From the NCBI GenBank assembly GCA_964016885.1, contig OZ024742.1, positions 21,018,001 through 21,082,000 on the forward strand: a DNA stretch of 64,000 nucleotides, given 5' to 3'. Shown one piece after another: positions 27,871 to 41,985 of this stretch. The DNA comes from Eledone cirrhosa (Eukaryota). Positions within the stretch are counted from its first letter, which is position 1. Each line of letters starts with the position of its first letter. A program made the translations under genes and the position numbers. The notes below the pieces were generated by a model. It worked only from the letters and a program-made list of their open reading frames with translations. It was not told the origin of the DNA and searched no databases.

Positions 27871-27891
27871 TTTATATATATATATATATCG

Positions 27892-27974
<83 letters not shown>

Positions 27975-29595
27975 ACACGGATGATGAAACGTGAATAGAA
28001 TAATGAGAATAATGCAGAAAGGAAAAAATAATTCAAACTTCGACCTTGGACAATTATATTGATTTCTGTTTGAATGAGATGAAAGGATGATGTATCTACA
28101 GTTGCTGACATAACAGTCTACAGTTTGTTACATGATGAATAATCTTGATCGTTTCATGTCGCTTCTGCAATATAACTGAATTATAAGGACTGAAATAGAA
28201 TTACTGAACAATAAATGATAGGCTTAATTGGGAGAACATTTACCTTGTTTGAAGTAGATTGTAAGTCATTCTTGATTCCATTACCATCCATCATTATTTC
28301 ACGACCCATTTAAAGACATTTCACACCTCATAACCAGTTACCGTCCTTGAAAAAGGTATGAACATCACATTTTTATATATCAAATTATGGTTATCTTGTG
28401 AGATGTGTGTATATATATATATATATATATCTTAAGTTATCAGGATATTTGAAATGAGACATAAGTAATGTAACATTTATTAACATCCAAATCCAAAACC
28501 TATTGTAGAAACTCAATATTCTTAAACCTAATAAGGACAGCGTATGTAAATGTTGAGAAAATATAAAATATATTCTTATTAAGGTGATGTTAATATAAAT
28601 ATATTCTGTGAATTGACGTTTTGTGGATTGTCGAACGGTTAAACAAAATAAGATAAAATGTTAAATTGATTTCGAAAAGAACACATTGGTGGGAGTTGTT
28701 TCAAAACACAAAACGTGAACCAGTTAAGGAAGAACGCATCACTTTTTTTCTTTTTTCTTTTCATTTGAAAAGAGGGTACAACCCAGAAATATTATGCCTA
28801 AGAAAAAAGTAATTCGTTTTGTTTTATCCGTCATCCTTTGCCCTTTATATATTTCTACCGCATTGTACCGGCTTTTGTAAATAATTATCAATGTTTTATT
28901 ATATATTTCACAATGATTCATATTAGCTTAGAAAATGCTTCATATTACTTTATAAAATGAAATTTCTCAACTAGTGGAAATCTGATTAGTGAAAATGCTT
29001 TTATTTGAAAGTGGCTGAATGTTTTCAGCAAAATGTCATGCTTCGCCAACTATTATTTGATGTAACGGAAAAAAACAACAACCAGTCATTCTGAATATCC
29101 AGCGATAGACCACATCATGCATAATTTATGTGATATTATCTAAATGGGTAGAGAGAGCATTCATCTCTTTTTAACATTATGATAAAATATTACCTGCATT
29201 TCAGTTAAAGTGTTAGATTTAAGAGTGTTATCAAACTTCAAGAACATTTTAGAAATATAAATTAAAAAATTTCATTGAATAGTTCTAGAGAAAGGGAGAT
29301 GGTAACGAGATAAATATGCGACAGAGGAAATTTGTTTGTACCGTTGGTGGGGGTAAGCAATGGCAGGGCACATTATTCTTTTCAAGACTACAGAAACGTT
29401 TGTCAGGTTAGAGAAGTGGCTCGACTACTTGCAATAGAGTGGAGCCATGAACCTGTTGCTTGTGTTAAACTGGCTGAATGATTATATCTGGCATTCAAAC
29501 AAGCCACACCAGTATTTAAACACACAACACATAGAGCCGCATTAAATAAACACACACATATATATATACACATACATATACATATATATATGTAT

Positions 29596-29629
<34 letters not shown>

Positions 29630-29728
29630 GTTTCGACATTCCCTATGCTCCGATGATTCCAGACATTCCTCTGGAAGATTCAATTGTCAGCAAATGAATG
29701 TTATAAACTAAAATTTGATCGTTTTAAC

Positions 29729-29767
<39 letters not shown>

Positions 29768-29969
29768 AGTGTTTGTGGTAGGAGAGCCAAGAAGAACTGA
29801 ATCATCTCAGAATTATTTACTGCTAGGGATTATATCAAAGCATTGTTTCAAGTCAGTGGGGGGTATGAACTTTGACTCGTTTAGTCAGTCTAAAGTTACA
29901 TACCATTGAAGGTGTGATTGACCAATATAAATCACATGTTCACGTGTGTATTATATTAATAACCAGTAG

Positions 29970-30398
29970 TTTGAGTTCAAATCTCGCCGAGGTTAACTTT
30001 GCCTTTTATCCTTACGGGGTCGATAAAATAAAGTACCAGTAATACACTGGGATAATTGCTGGCCTTGTGCCAAAAGTAGAAACAATTATATTAATAACCA
30101 ATGGCTGTGTGGATGTGCTGTTTTGAAAAAATTGTATCTTAACAGAAACCGAATATCTCCTCCTCCTTTAATGCACGAATAACTTCCAAACAATGCTTCA
30201 CACGATGTTCCAAATCTTAAATAAATAAACTACAATGTTATGATTCCACATACGTTTCCCGTGTATTTTGTTTATCATTATCAATAATCAAATCCCGCCG
30301 AGGTTGACTTTGCCTTTCATCCTTACGGGGTCGATAAAATAAGGTACCAGTAATGCACTGGGTAATTGCTGGCCTTGTGCCTAAAGTAGAAACAATTA
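29970..30398 (+). mobile_element. Two 5'-truncated tRNA-SINE copies (29970-30088 and 30290-30398)
   Basis: gagttcaaatctcgccgaggttaactttgcc...ggtcgataaaataaagtaccag...gtagaaacaatta. Confidence 0.85.
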
Positions 30399-30725
30399 TC
30401 AATAATATACAGGATTTTATACCGACATAATATATTTATAACGCTTTACGAGTTCATGCCAAAATCCTTATTAAATATATATAAATATTATATAAGAAAT
30501 TTAATTGGTAATAATTGAATGTTTAATAATGCATTGTGATGTTATTAAATTTGTGGATGGTCATGTTGCAAGCATTGCCAATACAAAACACACGCACTGT
30601 ATGATTTTCAATTAAGTAGTCATTGTTGGGTCACAATATCTGTGACGAAAGAATTTTGACGAAGTAACCAATAATTATTAATAAAGATGAATTGAATATC
30701 ATGTGGAGACCATCCCCAAATATAA

Positions 30726-30930
30726 CGGTTTCTGATTTAGGCACAAGGCCAGCAATGTTTCGTGAGGGGGGGAGGGGGAATTCGATCATATCGACCCAGA
30801 GCATTACTGGTGCTTTATTTATCGATCCCTTACGGATGAAGGGCACAGCTAACCTCGGGGGGATTTGAACTCAGAAAGTAAATGGCAGTAACTCTATGCC
30901 ACAATGCATGTTGTCTGACACACCATCCAC
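30726..30930 (-). mobile_element. tRNA-SINE lying inside a decayed family E two-arm element (about 30540-30995)
   Basis: SINE core, flanked by family E motifs (ggtcatgttgc, tgtgacgaaagaa, aacaatatcggtttcaacac). Confidence 0.7.
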
Positions 30931-31999
30931 AAATATAACAATATCGGTTTCAACACACGATTTTAAATCAGGAATCTTACAAAACAAATACCTAAATATA
31001 TTATGAAATACTCTTATTGGGGCTGCCATATCTGTAAAAACATTAGGCGTCGCAATTGCGGAAATGTTTTGTGCCTTTCTCTGTCGTCATCGGCGGCGTG
31101 TATAGCAGTATAACAAATGTAAATATGAAAACGTATATTTTACCAATCTAGTTTATTCCATTACGTTGTCAGCATATATGATTTAATGCTAGCATCTAGA
31201 CTTCACGGGAAGGAATATGCAGTGTTATGACAGTATATTTATTTTTATTTTTATTACGCATGAGCTAATATTAAATCATATTATTACATGTATATATTAT
31301 AAGGGCATATATAAGTTATATATCGTTGCCACGTCTATGCTATTGTTGATATCATATGTACTATGCTTTATCTATTACTTTATATAATGTGACTTATACT
31401 ATTTGTATTAGATTAGTATGCGATATAGAAAATGTATTGATTTTATGATATGGATTAGACTATATATTTGACTTGATATAAACAAACGGTTGAAGTAAAA
31501 AGCATTAAGGATATATAGAAAGTTATATTTGCGTGCATCTCAACAGAAATGACCATAGCATTTGATCTCTATAAATGATAGTTGAGAAAATCAGGTAAAG
31601 TAAACCAAGAGATATACAAAAAACATAGATAGAGTTGCCTGCGAGGAATCACACACGTTGACTTTTTAACATAGTGTTTAATGTACCTGGGTATGGAAAG
31701 GTTCCTGGCTTTCGGGAAAAGAATATACAGGATTGGTCAAAAGAAAATACAGGAGGATCTGTTAATTATGATTTTATTCAACATGTTCCCCTTTCAGATT
31801 CCCACTTAGTGCAGTTGTTCTACCTCTCATGTAAAGGTAACAGGGCTACCCTTTCACGATACCCTTAAGCCAGGAAATTTCAGTACCCCCGTACTCGCCT
31901 AGAATCCGAGAGATGCGGGATTTGATTCCTCGCAGGTGCAGCTGACTATTTCCTCCCTCGTTATGTGTACTTTATTTAGTGATCAATGATCATTATTCT

Positions 32000-32188
32000 C
32001 GGTGGATTGGCAGTATCGGTAGAGGGTCTGACGCTATGCTTTGCAGCAAAGAGTTACGCCCCTTTATGGTTTGAGTTCAAATCCCGCCGAGGTTAACTTT
32101 GCCTTTCATCCTTACGGGGTCGATAAAATAAAGTACCAGTAATGCACTGGATAATTGCTGGCCTTGTGCCAAAAGTAGAAACAATTAT
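32000..32188 (+). mobile_element. Full-length tRNA-derived SINE
   Basis: A box tggcagtatcgg, B box gagttcaaatcc, conserved core and 3' end. Confidence 0.9.
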
Positions 32189-35145
32189 TCTCATGTGCGT
32201 TAAGATGAACTTATTTTAAATGTCTTATTTTAAATGCATTTTGTATATGCATACTATGTACGATATCTACTTATACTACTGTATATGCCAATTTATATTC
32301 TATGTTTCATATGGCTGCTAATTTATATGATATATAATATTGTATATATGCTAATCTATATGGCATATAGTATATTATGTTCTGTTTTATACATGCTTTA
32401 TAATACATTTGTGGCTGAATATATGCATTTGAAACTCATATTTAGATCTTTCTTCCTACTATATGAAAATGAAATTTACATTAATGTTGGCATATCAAGT
32501 ATTTATAAATGTTTAAATAGAGTTAACGAAAAGTGGAGAAAATGCAAATTGGTCCCGACAATAGAATGTAAATTTTACTTGATGCGATTTGTATGTAAAA
32601 AGCGGGGGCCAAATTGTGTAACTAATTTCATGTCGATAAACTATTTCTGTTCATTAGCTGACCCTACTCCTTTCATAAAAGGAATTATTCATAATTGAAG
32701 TGTCCGCCTTCATTAAGCCTCACTACTGATTAAAGATTTGCTATTAAAATTTATGTTGAAAAACGGTATGTAAATAGAGAAAGACATTGAACTTATTTGA
32801 AGAACATATATTTAGTTTTAAAACTTTTGTCTACGAGCCAATCAGAACCTAAATATAATTAGTTTCTTGTAAATAGATTATTTTAAGCTCTGGTTCATTA
32901 TCGTGAATTTGAATATGGAATTCTATTATATATCGACCGATATCTATTTGTTTTGTTTTTACGTGATGAATTTAAATGTTTTATAGGAATAGTTAAAATT
33001 ACAAGATTGCAGAATTATATGCATAGTTTGTTAGTACGTCTTTTAAATCACGAAACACGCTTCCAGCTAAATCTATTGATTATCAAAATAGAAAAATGAG
33101 AATATGGCTTTTTAAATAGCCATTTGTTCCTACGTCTTATTTTTTTCCTAATATCAACTTAATTTTGCTGACGCTAGCCGGGTTACTATTACACGTATTA
33201 TTTATATCTAACTGCTGCATATCTTTTCAATGTGTCTAGCCTCCTTCATTGTTGATTCTATGTCTAAAAGTGTGATTTTTGTACGAATTAGATTATTACT
33301 AAAATCCTATTCTAAAACGAAATTAGATTAAGAATTAGACGAGCTTCGTTCTATAAAATACATTTTTATCTTCAGTGTAACTATTTAACTCTTTATCAAT
33401 CGTGGAATAACGGAAACAACGAAATGCCCTACAAAATAATTATTTGATTTCTACATAGTGAATTACATAAAAAGCAGGTTCAATATGACACTCATCTATG
33501 TGTTGCCTATGAAATATATTTACCTGGCGTATTTAAATAAGCACAAATGCTGTAATAGGCTTCTAATTAAAATTATGTTTTTACTTACTGAAAACTATAC
33601 AACTGTCTTCAGAGACTAGGAATTACGTCAAAGAGAAAGGTTTTTTTTATCATCTTATTCCTTCAATTTCCATACCGCCACTATGGAATACTGTGTTTGT
33701 TTTCAGATGATACATTTATACTTTGAATGATACACTGGCTTGTGTAGAAAGTATATGGCTCTTTACAGATCAAATAGTTTACAGTACATGATTCCTTATA
33801 CCCCAATAATCTGTAACTCTTTTATCTCACTTCTCATAGCTGTACATAAATAAGATTTGTACATGAAGGTAACATGATACTATATTCAGTGAAGTAGCTC
33901 TGATTCACAATCACAAGAATCCATTGACTCAATACTTGCCATCTACTTTGTCTTTGCTTCCTCGTGTATCTGCAATCGTAACTATGTTGTACCACCAACT
34001 CGAAAAGGGATAAATATCACACTGGTTAGATTACGTGTATATCTCTAGACCATGGTAAATGACCTCAACACTGAATTTCAATAAATTATCTGTAAAACAA
34101 TTCTACTGTGTTGTAACATCCCCTGTCTTTGATCTACTCCACTCTATGGTAACTATTTGGGTAATTGACACCTGACAGATGTATCCAATGCCATGGCCTC
34201 AGGGACGATCCAGCGATGATGTAATTGTATAATCTATCAACCTACTTGTCTATTCAATCTTGTTTAGTTAACAATGGTATCCTCAAATGTTCTGAAATTC
34301 AAACAGTCTGGTGCACTTCCATACGCTATCCGCCTATGGTCTAAACCCTGTCTCAAGTATTAAGCAGTTTATAATGCTCATGGTATCGGTATACATGGCG
34401 CTTTATATTACGTTTCTCTCATATAACATTGAAAGCTGAATGGAGAGAAGACACTGTTATAACATTAGCGCTTGCCCTGGTGGTCAGGGTGACCGTGGTC
34501 TTATATGTGGTTTTCGCCACGAGTGACCCACGGAGGCTTCCCCTTTTGGGGGGAACTTTTGTTGTTTGAATTTTTTAATTTGTTTTTACACATTTTTATA
34601 TTGTTATAACCTTTTTACACGGCCAAACCCCACATTGTATCGTCCTGTACCGTTCTGTGCCGTCTGTAATGTTTTTCTTCATGTTAACCCTTGTGGCCGA
34701 TAAAGAAACCATTATTATAACAATGCTTAGAGGGCATCATTTCCTCACACTTGGTTTGCAGGAAAAGCAATAAGTCCCAACCTCCTCTTTCCAGCTTGTC
34801 AATGTTGTTAAGCTTCAATTCTAGTCACGTTCAATGTATTGGTTTTTACATTCCATACCACATACATGGTCTTCTGATTTCATTTGTGACACATCATTTT
34901 TAATGTCATCTATTAATCTCCTGCAAAATTCACTTCGGGTTACATAGAATGAAAACAAAGACATTTATTTCAGTACCAGAATAGGAAGAACACATGTGAA
35001 GACGTGTCAACCATCTCAATCGGTCATTGAACCTAGATAGTAAAAAACAACACATTTTAAAAATAGATGTAAAAGAAACCGATAACCGATATGTATATAT
35101 ATATATATATATATATACATACATACATACATACATATATATATA

Positions 35146-35308
35146 TAGAAGGAAGTGTGTTAAGGAGCAAGATGTACCATAACGCACCAGAGTACTCAAT
35201 ACTTAGGGTAGTAGAGTGGGTAATAGGATAATGTTTAACCCCGAAGGCAGAGCTCAAGCCGTCGAAACGGCTTGAGCTCTGCCGTCGGGGCTAAACATTT
35301 TCCTCTAT
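35146..35308 (-). mobile_element. Family D fold-back element
   Basis: Hairpin ccccgaaggcagagctcaagccgt-cgaa-acggcttgagctctgccgtcgggg, with the tail to the left. Confidence 0.8.
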
Positions 35309-36556
35309 ATATATCACAATCCATGAAAACTTTCAAATCCTGCTACTAAGGAGTTCGAGTGAAGTTTTATAAAGTTTGACATTAAATCGTTCCGTCAGTA
35401 TTAAGAATAACACAAATGAAATGGTAATTGTTTAATGTATTGCTTCGGAGAAAATCATATACGACTTCTTAAATCAATACCGAATGAAACACGTAAGACC
35501 ATTTCTAGAATATACCGGGATTAAAGGTTAAAACAATTATATACACAATTGTATTCACTCATCATTATGTTTCGATTTCAACTTTGATATTATAAAGGGG
35601 GCACTTATTTCGAGTGATATGTATATGTCACAACATGCTGGGTATATGCGTTGTTGTTTATCAACTTTGTATATCATTTCGGATTATTTAGCGCACAAGT
35701 TTAGAAATGTGCTTTTAGTTTACCAAGTGAAACTTTACAAAACTTAAGAAAACTTAAAGATTATTTCCCTCTGCCTCAAGGAAGACGGATATGTACACAA
35801 AAGGTGGTACACGCGCATAAAAAACAAACATCAACCCACATTTCAATTTAATCCGACATCTTTCTCAACTTAACTTAATATTTCAGTCATCTAGTGTAAA
35901 CTCTTTTACAATTACATCAACCAAACAAAATGATGTGTCTACTTGGTGGTCTTCCTGTTATCAGCAAACGAGGAATATTGTTCCAGATATAGTACCCTTC
36001 CTCACCAAACGTTTCAATATTCCAATATTAGCAGAGCTTGCTCATTGTGTTTCAAAATATGTGAAAGTCGGTTCTATTTCCAATAGTTAAAATGCTTCTG
36101 TACTAACAAATAAAATTCATTCCCAACAACTTTTCATCTTAAACAAATCTATCCTTTACCAGCTTTAGTTGCATCCCTTACTAAAATTTCCTTACGGTTC
36201 GATCTAATGGATACTTACTTACCTACGACAAAACAGCTATGTTTTTTGTCACTGCTCAGGGATAGTTAAGTTTAACTAGTTACATCATAGGTTGTATTTC
36301 ATAGGGATTTTCTTGTGTATGTTAATAGTAAGAACCACAGTTCTTTAATGTCATCTTTTTTCCCCGGCTACCATGAACCATTTGAACAGAGGACTCACTG
36401 ATCCAGAACAAATATTGCAATGTTTAACAATTCACCTCTGAAAAATTAATTTTGTTTATCAGGATGAAGACCCAATTTTACCTGGGGTCAGGCTCTATCA
36501 GTTTATTGAGTTCTCCCACTTTTCCAGATACCTAAGGTCAAATGACCAAAGCCCTA

Positions 36557-36693
<137 letters not shown>

Positions 36694-36974
36694 CAGCGAT
36701 AGAGAGATAGATAGATAGATAGATAGAAAGAGAGAGAGAGAGAGTTGCATTGTTGTGACCGAGAAGAACACAGACCAGGGAATTACTCTATGCGTAAGAA
36801 GAGATTGGGTATAGAGGAAGATGAAAACCCCGATCGTGACGGCAAGTGGTTTCGCCTTCTGTTCGGCAAGCCGTTTGAAGGATGTACACTCTTTCTCTTC
36901 TATATATATATATGAAGCGTAATACGGATGAATGGTAATACCCAGAAACATTAATGTCTGCAGTTCTGTTTTCA

Positions 36975-37103
36975 CGCCAACACAAGAGCAATAATGAGGG
37001 GCCCATTCTACTCACGTGGCTTTGAAAATGAGGCTTGTATGCGTAATTGCAAACGAATCAAATATTATTATTAATATTCGAAAAACTCAGATTACATTTA
37101 TTA
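36975..37103 (+). mobile_element. Family J arm without the SINE
   Basis: gccaacacaagagcaa...gcaaacgaatcaaatatta|ttattaatattcgaaaaactcagattacattta equals 40905-41400 with the SINEs removed. Confidence 0.7.
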
Positions 37104-37338
37104 TATATATATTGTCTCTTCCTATCTTTCCGTTGCAATACCATCGTTGTTTGTTTACATGTCTCGCTCGTTTCACCCTATTTTACTTGTCCCAATAACT
37201 TTATTTGTTATTGCTCGCACCAACTAGAGGTATATGATTTTTAAAGCGAACAAATACCAATGAAAGTTGGAAGATCACTGATGAAGGACTAATTTTATTC
37301 ATATGTAACCCATGTGCAACCACGCAGCGCTCCATTTT

Positions 37339-37375
<37 letters not shown>

Positions 37376-37380
<5 letters not shown>

Positions 37381-37544
37381 TGGACGCTCGTGAGAATGAT
37401 TACTGAATGCCATAACAAGAACTGGTTTAACTTTTGATTATGTCTGATAACGCTCTGAGTAGACATGGGGAAAGCAAGAGTATCAAAACTAAAACCTGGA
37501 CTTTATACACTCACAGAAACACACACATACACTTTCTCAGGCAC

Positions 37545-37626
<82 letters not shown>

Positions 37627-37795
37627 GTGCCTGAGAAAGTGTATGTGTGTGTTTCTGTGAGTGTATAAAGTCCAGGTTTTAGTTTTGATACTCTTGCTTT
37701 CCCCATGTCTACTCAGAGCGTTATCAGACATAATCAAAAGTTAAACCAGTTCTTGTTATGGCATTCAGTAATCATTCTCACGAGCGTCCACACTA
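37376..37795. repeat. Perfect 420-bp palindrome centred on (TA)n
   Basis: The arms are exact reverse complements by eye. Identical peptides are predicted at 37434+/37537- and 37465+/37503-. Confidence 0.95.
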
Positions 37796-37947
37796 ACCGG
37801 GTATGTATATACATATATATATTTGTATGTATAGTATATTTGGCAATATACCGTATGTTTAATTAAAAATATTTAGAAGACCCTACGCTATCACCTATAA
37901 AGTAGTGACCATGTCACTTACTTCTTTTCCGCGATAGAAGGCAGAGA

Positions 37948-37989
37948 AGCTAACAGTCTGTTTCACGCTGTTTGACGATCATCAGAGCT
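37948..37989 (-). ncRNA. Type I hammerhead-like motif
   Basis: Minus strand: agct CTGATGA tcgtcaaacagcgt GAAAC AGACT GTT agct. Stem II is weak. Confidence 0.55.
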
Positions 37990-38039
37990 ACGGACTGCCC
38001 TCTTCCGCCGAAAATTATAGAAACTGGATTCTTATAGAA

Positions 38040-38151
38040 TTCTAGAAATAGCCGTCGAAACGGCTTGAGCTCTGCCGTCGGGTTCATACTTTTTCCTATT
38101 TCCCACTCTACTACCCTAAGTATTGAGTACTCCTTACCACATTGCCTCTGT
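38040..38151 (+). mobile_element. Family D 3' end carrying the 3' half of a hammerhead
   Basis: gccgtc GAAA CGGC ttgagctct GCCG TC ggg, then the family D tail. Confidence 0.7.
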
Positions 38152-38401
38152 TATATATATATATATATATATTTCGTTTCTGAATTTGTTTAGCAAGATT
38201 CTTTATCTGAAAACGTGTGTTGAAACCGATATTGTTATACTTTGGGAGGGTCATGTTGACAATAAGAAACACACGCACCAGTTGCTTTCACTACAATTTA
38301 TTATAAATTAAATTTATAAATTTAAGAATTTATAAATTTCCGGTTGGTTGGTTCCAGAAACAGACGATTGTTCATATATTGTCAAAGTTCTTTCGTCACA
38401 C

Positions 38402-39500
38402 AGAGAATAGTCAGAAATTAGAGAAAAACACCATGGGAAGCATCCAGCAAATAGCTAACTCCATCCACCAGAGTATTAGAGTTACTATAGACTACCCAAG
38501 CAAACACCCCAACCATCGAATGCCTGTACTAGACACAGAGCTCTGGTTAGATACCATTAATAACAAAAACAAATCCTCCATTCCCATTATGCCAAACCCA
38601 TGGCTTCCAAATATCTGATCTACCGAAACTCAGCTGTTTCGGACCATACCCAAATCAACATACTGATTGCGGATTTGGTACGAGTGATGAGAAACGTGTA
38701 CCGCATGTGCAACCCCAAAGAACTAGAGAGACACATACAACACTTCATCCACCGTATGCAGTTCTCTGGTTACAATGAGAGAGATAACATCAGAGTATAT
38801 AGAGGAGCCAGAACCAAATGGGAAAAAATGGTAAATAATGATACACATGGGACCTGCCCCTTGTATAGGAGCAAATTTTGGAATAGAATAGAAAGAACTA
38901 AAAATAAGGTTAATAGAATAAACTCATGGTATGATAGCAATAAATATCAGAGTGTAATGTTCATCAATACAACCCCTAGAGAGAGATGAATTAGCTTACA
39001 CATTTAGAATGGCCCTAGATAAACATAAACTCAATATTAAGATAGTAGAAAGACCAGGTACCTCCATAAAAACACTTATTAGCGATACATGCCCTAAGAC
39101 CTCCCTGTATACATAAGAAATGTATAATCTGTAAATTAAGCCACCATATTAACTGTAAAACTAGAAATGTAGTATATAGGATAAGATCTACTGAAGAACA
39201 ATGTAGAGATAAGAATATAGTGTACATAGGTGAGACAGCTCGTAGTGTAGGGGAACGGATAAATGAACAGTGGCGAGACCTTCAAGATAGTAAAGAATCA
39301 TCTGTACTCTACCAACATGATAAAATAGAACATAAGGGTAAATTGGAGAACATAGAAATAAAAATAGAATCTACACACAGAAAAGACGCAATGTTTTGAC
39401 AAATCACTGAGGCAATAAACTTAAATGAACTCCAACCAAAATTAAAAAGAAAACATGAATGGAACAGCAACATCACAACTTACAATTAAGGACAAAATGA
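38402..39500 (+). pseudogene. Frameshifted PLE RT C-terminus plus GIY-YIG endonuclease (different lineage from A/B/C)
   Basis: IRVTIDYPS..RMPVLDTELW, KPMASKY, RMQFSGY, NCKTRNVVYRI...YIGETARSVGERINE...SVLYQHDKIEH. Confidence 0.85.
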
Positions 39501-39688
39501 AAACACACACACACATAGAACAAACAACCAACCAGTAATATGTAAATAAACAAATGAATAAACAAATATAAACAACCACAAACACCCGAATGTAACATAT
39601 GCGCAAACTAAGCACACAACACACAGAAAATCAAGATGGCGTAGAACAGAACAAAGGAGAGGCACAAAAACAAAGAAAAGAATCCCCA

Positions 39689-39731
39689 GTCACTGAAGAG
39701 GTCACAGAATGTGTAACGAAAGAACTTTGAC
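39689..39731 (+). ncRNA. Minimal type I hammerhead ribozyme (family E)
   Basis: gtca CTGAAGA g gtcac agaatgt gtaac GAAAG AA CTT tgac; one mismatch in stem II. Confidence 0.65.
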
Positions 39732-39881
39732 AATATATGAACAATCGTCTGGTTGTGGAACCAACCAACCAGAAATTTATACATTCCTAAATATATAAAT
39801 TTAATTCATAATAAATTGGAGTGAAAGCAACTGGTGCGTATGTTTCTTATTGGCAACATGACCCCTCTCCCCACAAAGTAT

Positions 39882-39912
<31 letters not shown>

Positions 39913-40477
39913 CCAGCTCTTCGGCGAATTCTATTGCTCGCGCTATGAGTGACTGGGTGACTATCTGTATGCCAGTATCTTATATTTTTTTAACCTGACA
40001 ATGGAGCACACTTTATACTTTCACATCCTATTTAACAAGTCATTTTACTTGTAATTATAAACAATTATTTACGTCTGATAGATGCCTTGAAACATTTTTA
40101 CGTGAATAGAAGAAACCAGAGATGGTCACGCAATTAAGGATAGTAATATAGTGATAATGAAATTGTCATGAGTGGAAAATACGCAGAATTAGTAAAAGTC
40201 TTGAATCAAGTTTCAACCATTTGAAACTTAATTCAACGCATACACATACACACACATACACACACACGTACACTGTCACACACACACGCACAGATATATA
40301 TACTAATCTCCACCACAACACGCAATACTTAAACGTATTCATGCACACACTCGTGTACATACATCAAACACACACACACACACTCGTGTACATACATCAA
40401 ACACACACACGTATATATATATATATATACATACACACATATATATATATACATATATACACACACACACACACACT

Positions 40478-40514
<37 letters not shown>

Positions 40515-40580
40515 ACACACATATATATATATATACATATATACACACACACACACACACATATATTTTTATACATACAT

Positions 40581-41436
40581 GAATGTAATCTGAGTTTTTC
40601 GAATATTAATAATTGTTTCTACTATTGGCACAAGGCCAGCAAATACCCAGTACATTACGGGTACTTTATTTTATCGACCCCGTAATGATGAAAGGCAAAG
40701 TTAACCTCGGCACGATTTGAACTCAGAATGGAAAGGGCAGTAACTCTTTGCTGCAAAGCATGGTGTCCGACCCTCTACCGATACTGCCAATCCACCGCAT
40801 AACATTCGATTCGTTTGCAATTTTGCAAACAAGCCTCAATTTTGTAGCCATGTCAGTAGAATGAACCCTTCATTCTTGCTCTTTTGTTGGCATCCTAATC
40901 GCTTGCCAACACAAGAGCAAGAATGAAGGGTTCATTCTCGTGATATAGCTACAAAATTGAGGCTTGTTTGCAAAATTGCAAACGAATCGAATGTTATGCG
41001 GTGGATTGGCAGTATCGGTAGAGGGTCGGACACCATGCTTTGCAGCAACGAGTTACGGCCCTTTCCATTCTGAGTTCAAATCCCGCCGCGTTTAACTTTG
41101 CCTTTCATCCTTGCAGGGTCAATAAAATAAAGTACCAGTAATGCACTGATAATTGCTGGCCTTGTGCCAAATGTAGAAACAATTATTAATTTCTCCGTTA
41201 GGGCGGTGGGCTGCAAAGAGTTACTGCTTTGCAGCAAAGAGTTACGGCCCTTTATGGTCTGAGTTAAAATCCCGCCGAGGTTAACTTTGCCTTTCATCCT
41301 TATGGGGTCGATAAAATAAAGTACCACTGGGAAAATTGCTGGCCTTGTGCCAAAAGTAGAAACGATTATTAATATTCGGAAAACTCAGATTACATTTATT
41401 CTATTCAGCCATGTAGAGCGAAATTTTCTTTTTTCT
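40581..41436 (+). mobile_element. Family J fold-back element carrying SINEs in both arms (40612-40799 minus; 40997-41186 and 41201-41368 plus)
   Basis: Long inverted repeat centred near 40897, with a right-hand tail at about 41400-41436 before (TA)n. Confidence 0.8.
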
Positions 41437-41478
41437 ATATATATATACATGTATATATATATATATATATAGATATAT

Positions 41479-41850
41479 AATTAGAAATATAAGCTATCGC
41501 CGTATTTTGACTAAATAAATTATAGAAATTATTTAGCCTGATAGTACGGTTAAGAACCTTCTGAGAAATGGAAAAAGATGAGTATTGACGTACATGGGAG
41601 TCGAATCTACATCTGCGGTTACCCAGAACACTGTGCTACCATTACACCAACACAACACCCGTGTTCTTCCATTTGAATTAGAAGCTATAATCTTAGCATG
41701 TGTAATTTCAAGTAAGAATATTTTCTCCGAGGGTTCTTAACCCCACTATCAGGCTAAATAATTTCTTTAATTTCTTTAGTCAAAATACGGCGATAGCCTA
41801 TATTTCTAATTTCAAACTCGCTCGCTGTTTCGAAAATATTCTTACTTGAT
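41479..41850 (+). mobile_element. Fold-back element in (TA)n with a tRNA-like core
   Basis: 41479-41568 is the reverse complement of 41722-41811, followed by a 40-nt tail. Minus-strand A/B-box-like motifs lie at 41585-41655. Confidence 0.65.
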
Positions 41851-41861
41851 ATATATATATA

Positions 41862-41985
41862 TAATAAATGTGGAAAATAAAATCCAAAGAGGGTTCGATA
41901 AGGATAAATATATATCAAATATATAAGAACCGTATAGAAAATATTTATTAAAACAACAGTTTAAAGATTAAGCAAAGAATCGCTG
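41862..41985 (-). mobile_element. PLE family B terminal tail
   Basis: Reverse complement of 9287-9410 (aatccaaagagggttcgataagg...agcaaagaatcgctg). Confidence 0.8.

Larger units (their letters stand above)
38172..39888 (+). mobile_element. PLE family E two-arm insertion with coding fragment
   Basis: Inverted tail-bearing arm at 38172-38401, then RT thumb, GIY-YIG and 3' UTR, ending at caaagtataacaat-(TA)n. Confidence 0.88.

Noticed and set aside
31880-32090. tRNA genes
   Set aside because: The A/B boxes belong to SINE heads, and no complete cloverleaf is present.
33700-36250. Faint LINE-like remnants on the minus strand
   Set aside because: Too decayed to assign by eye.
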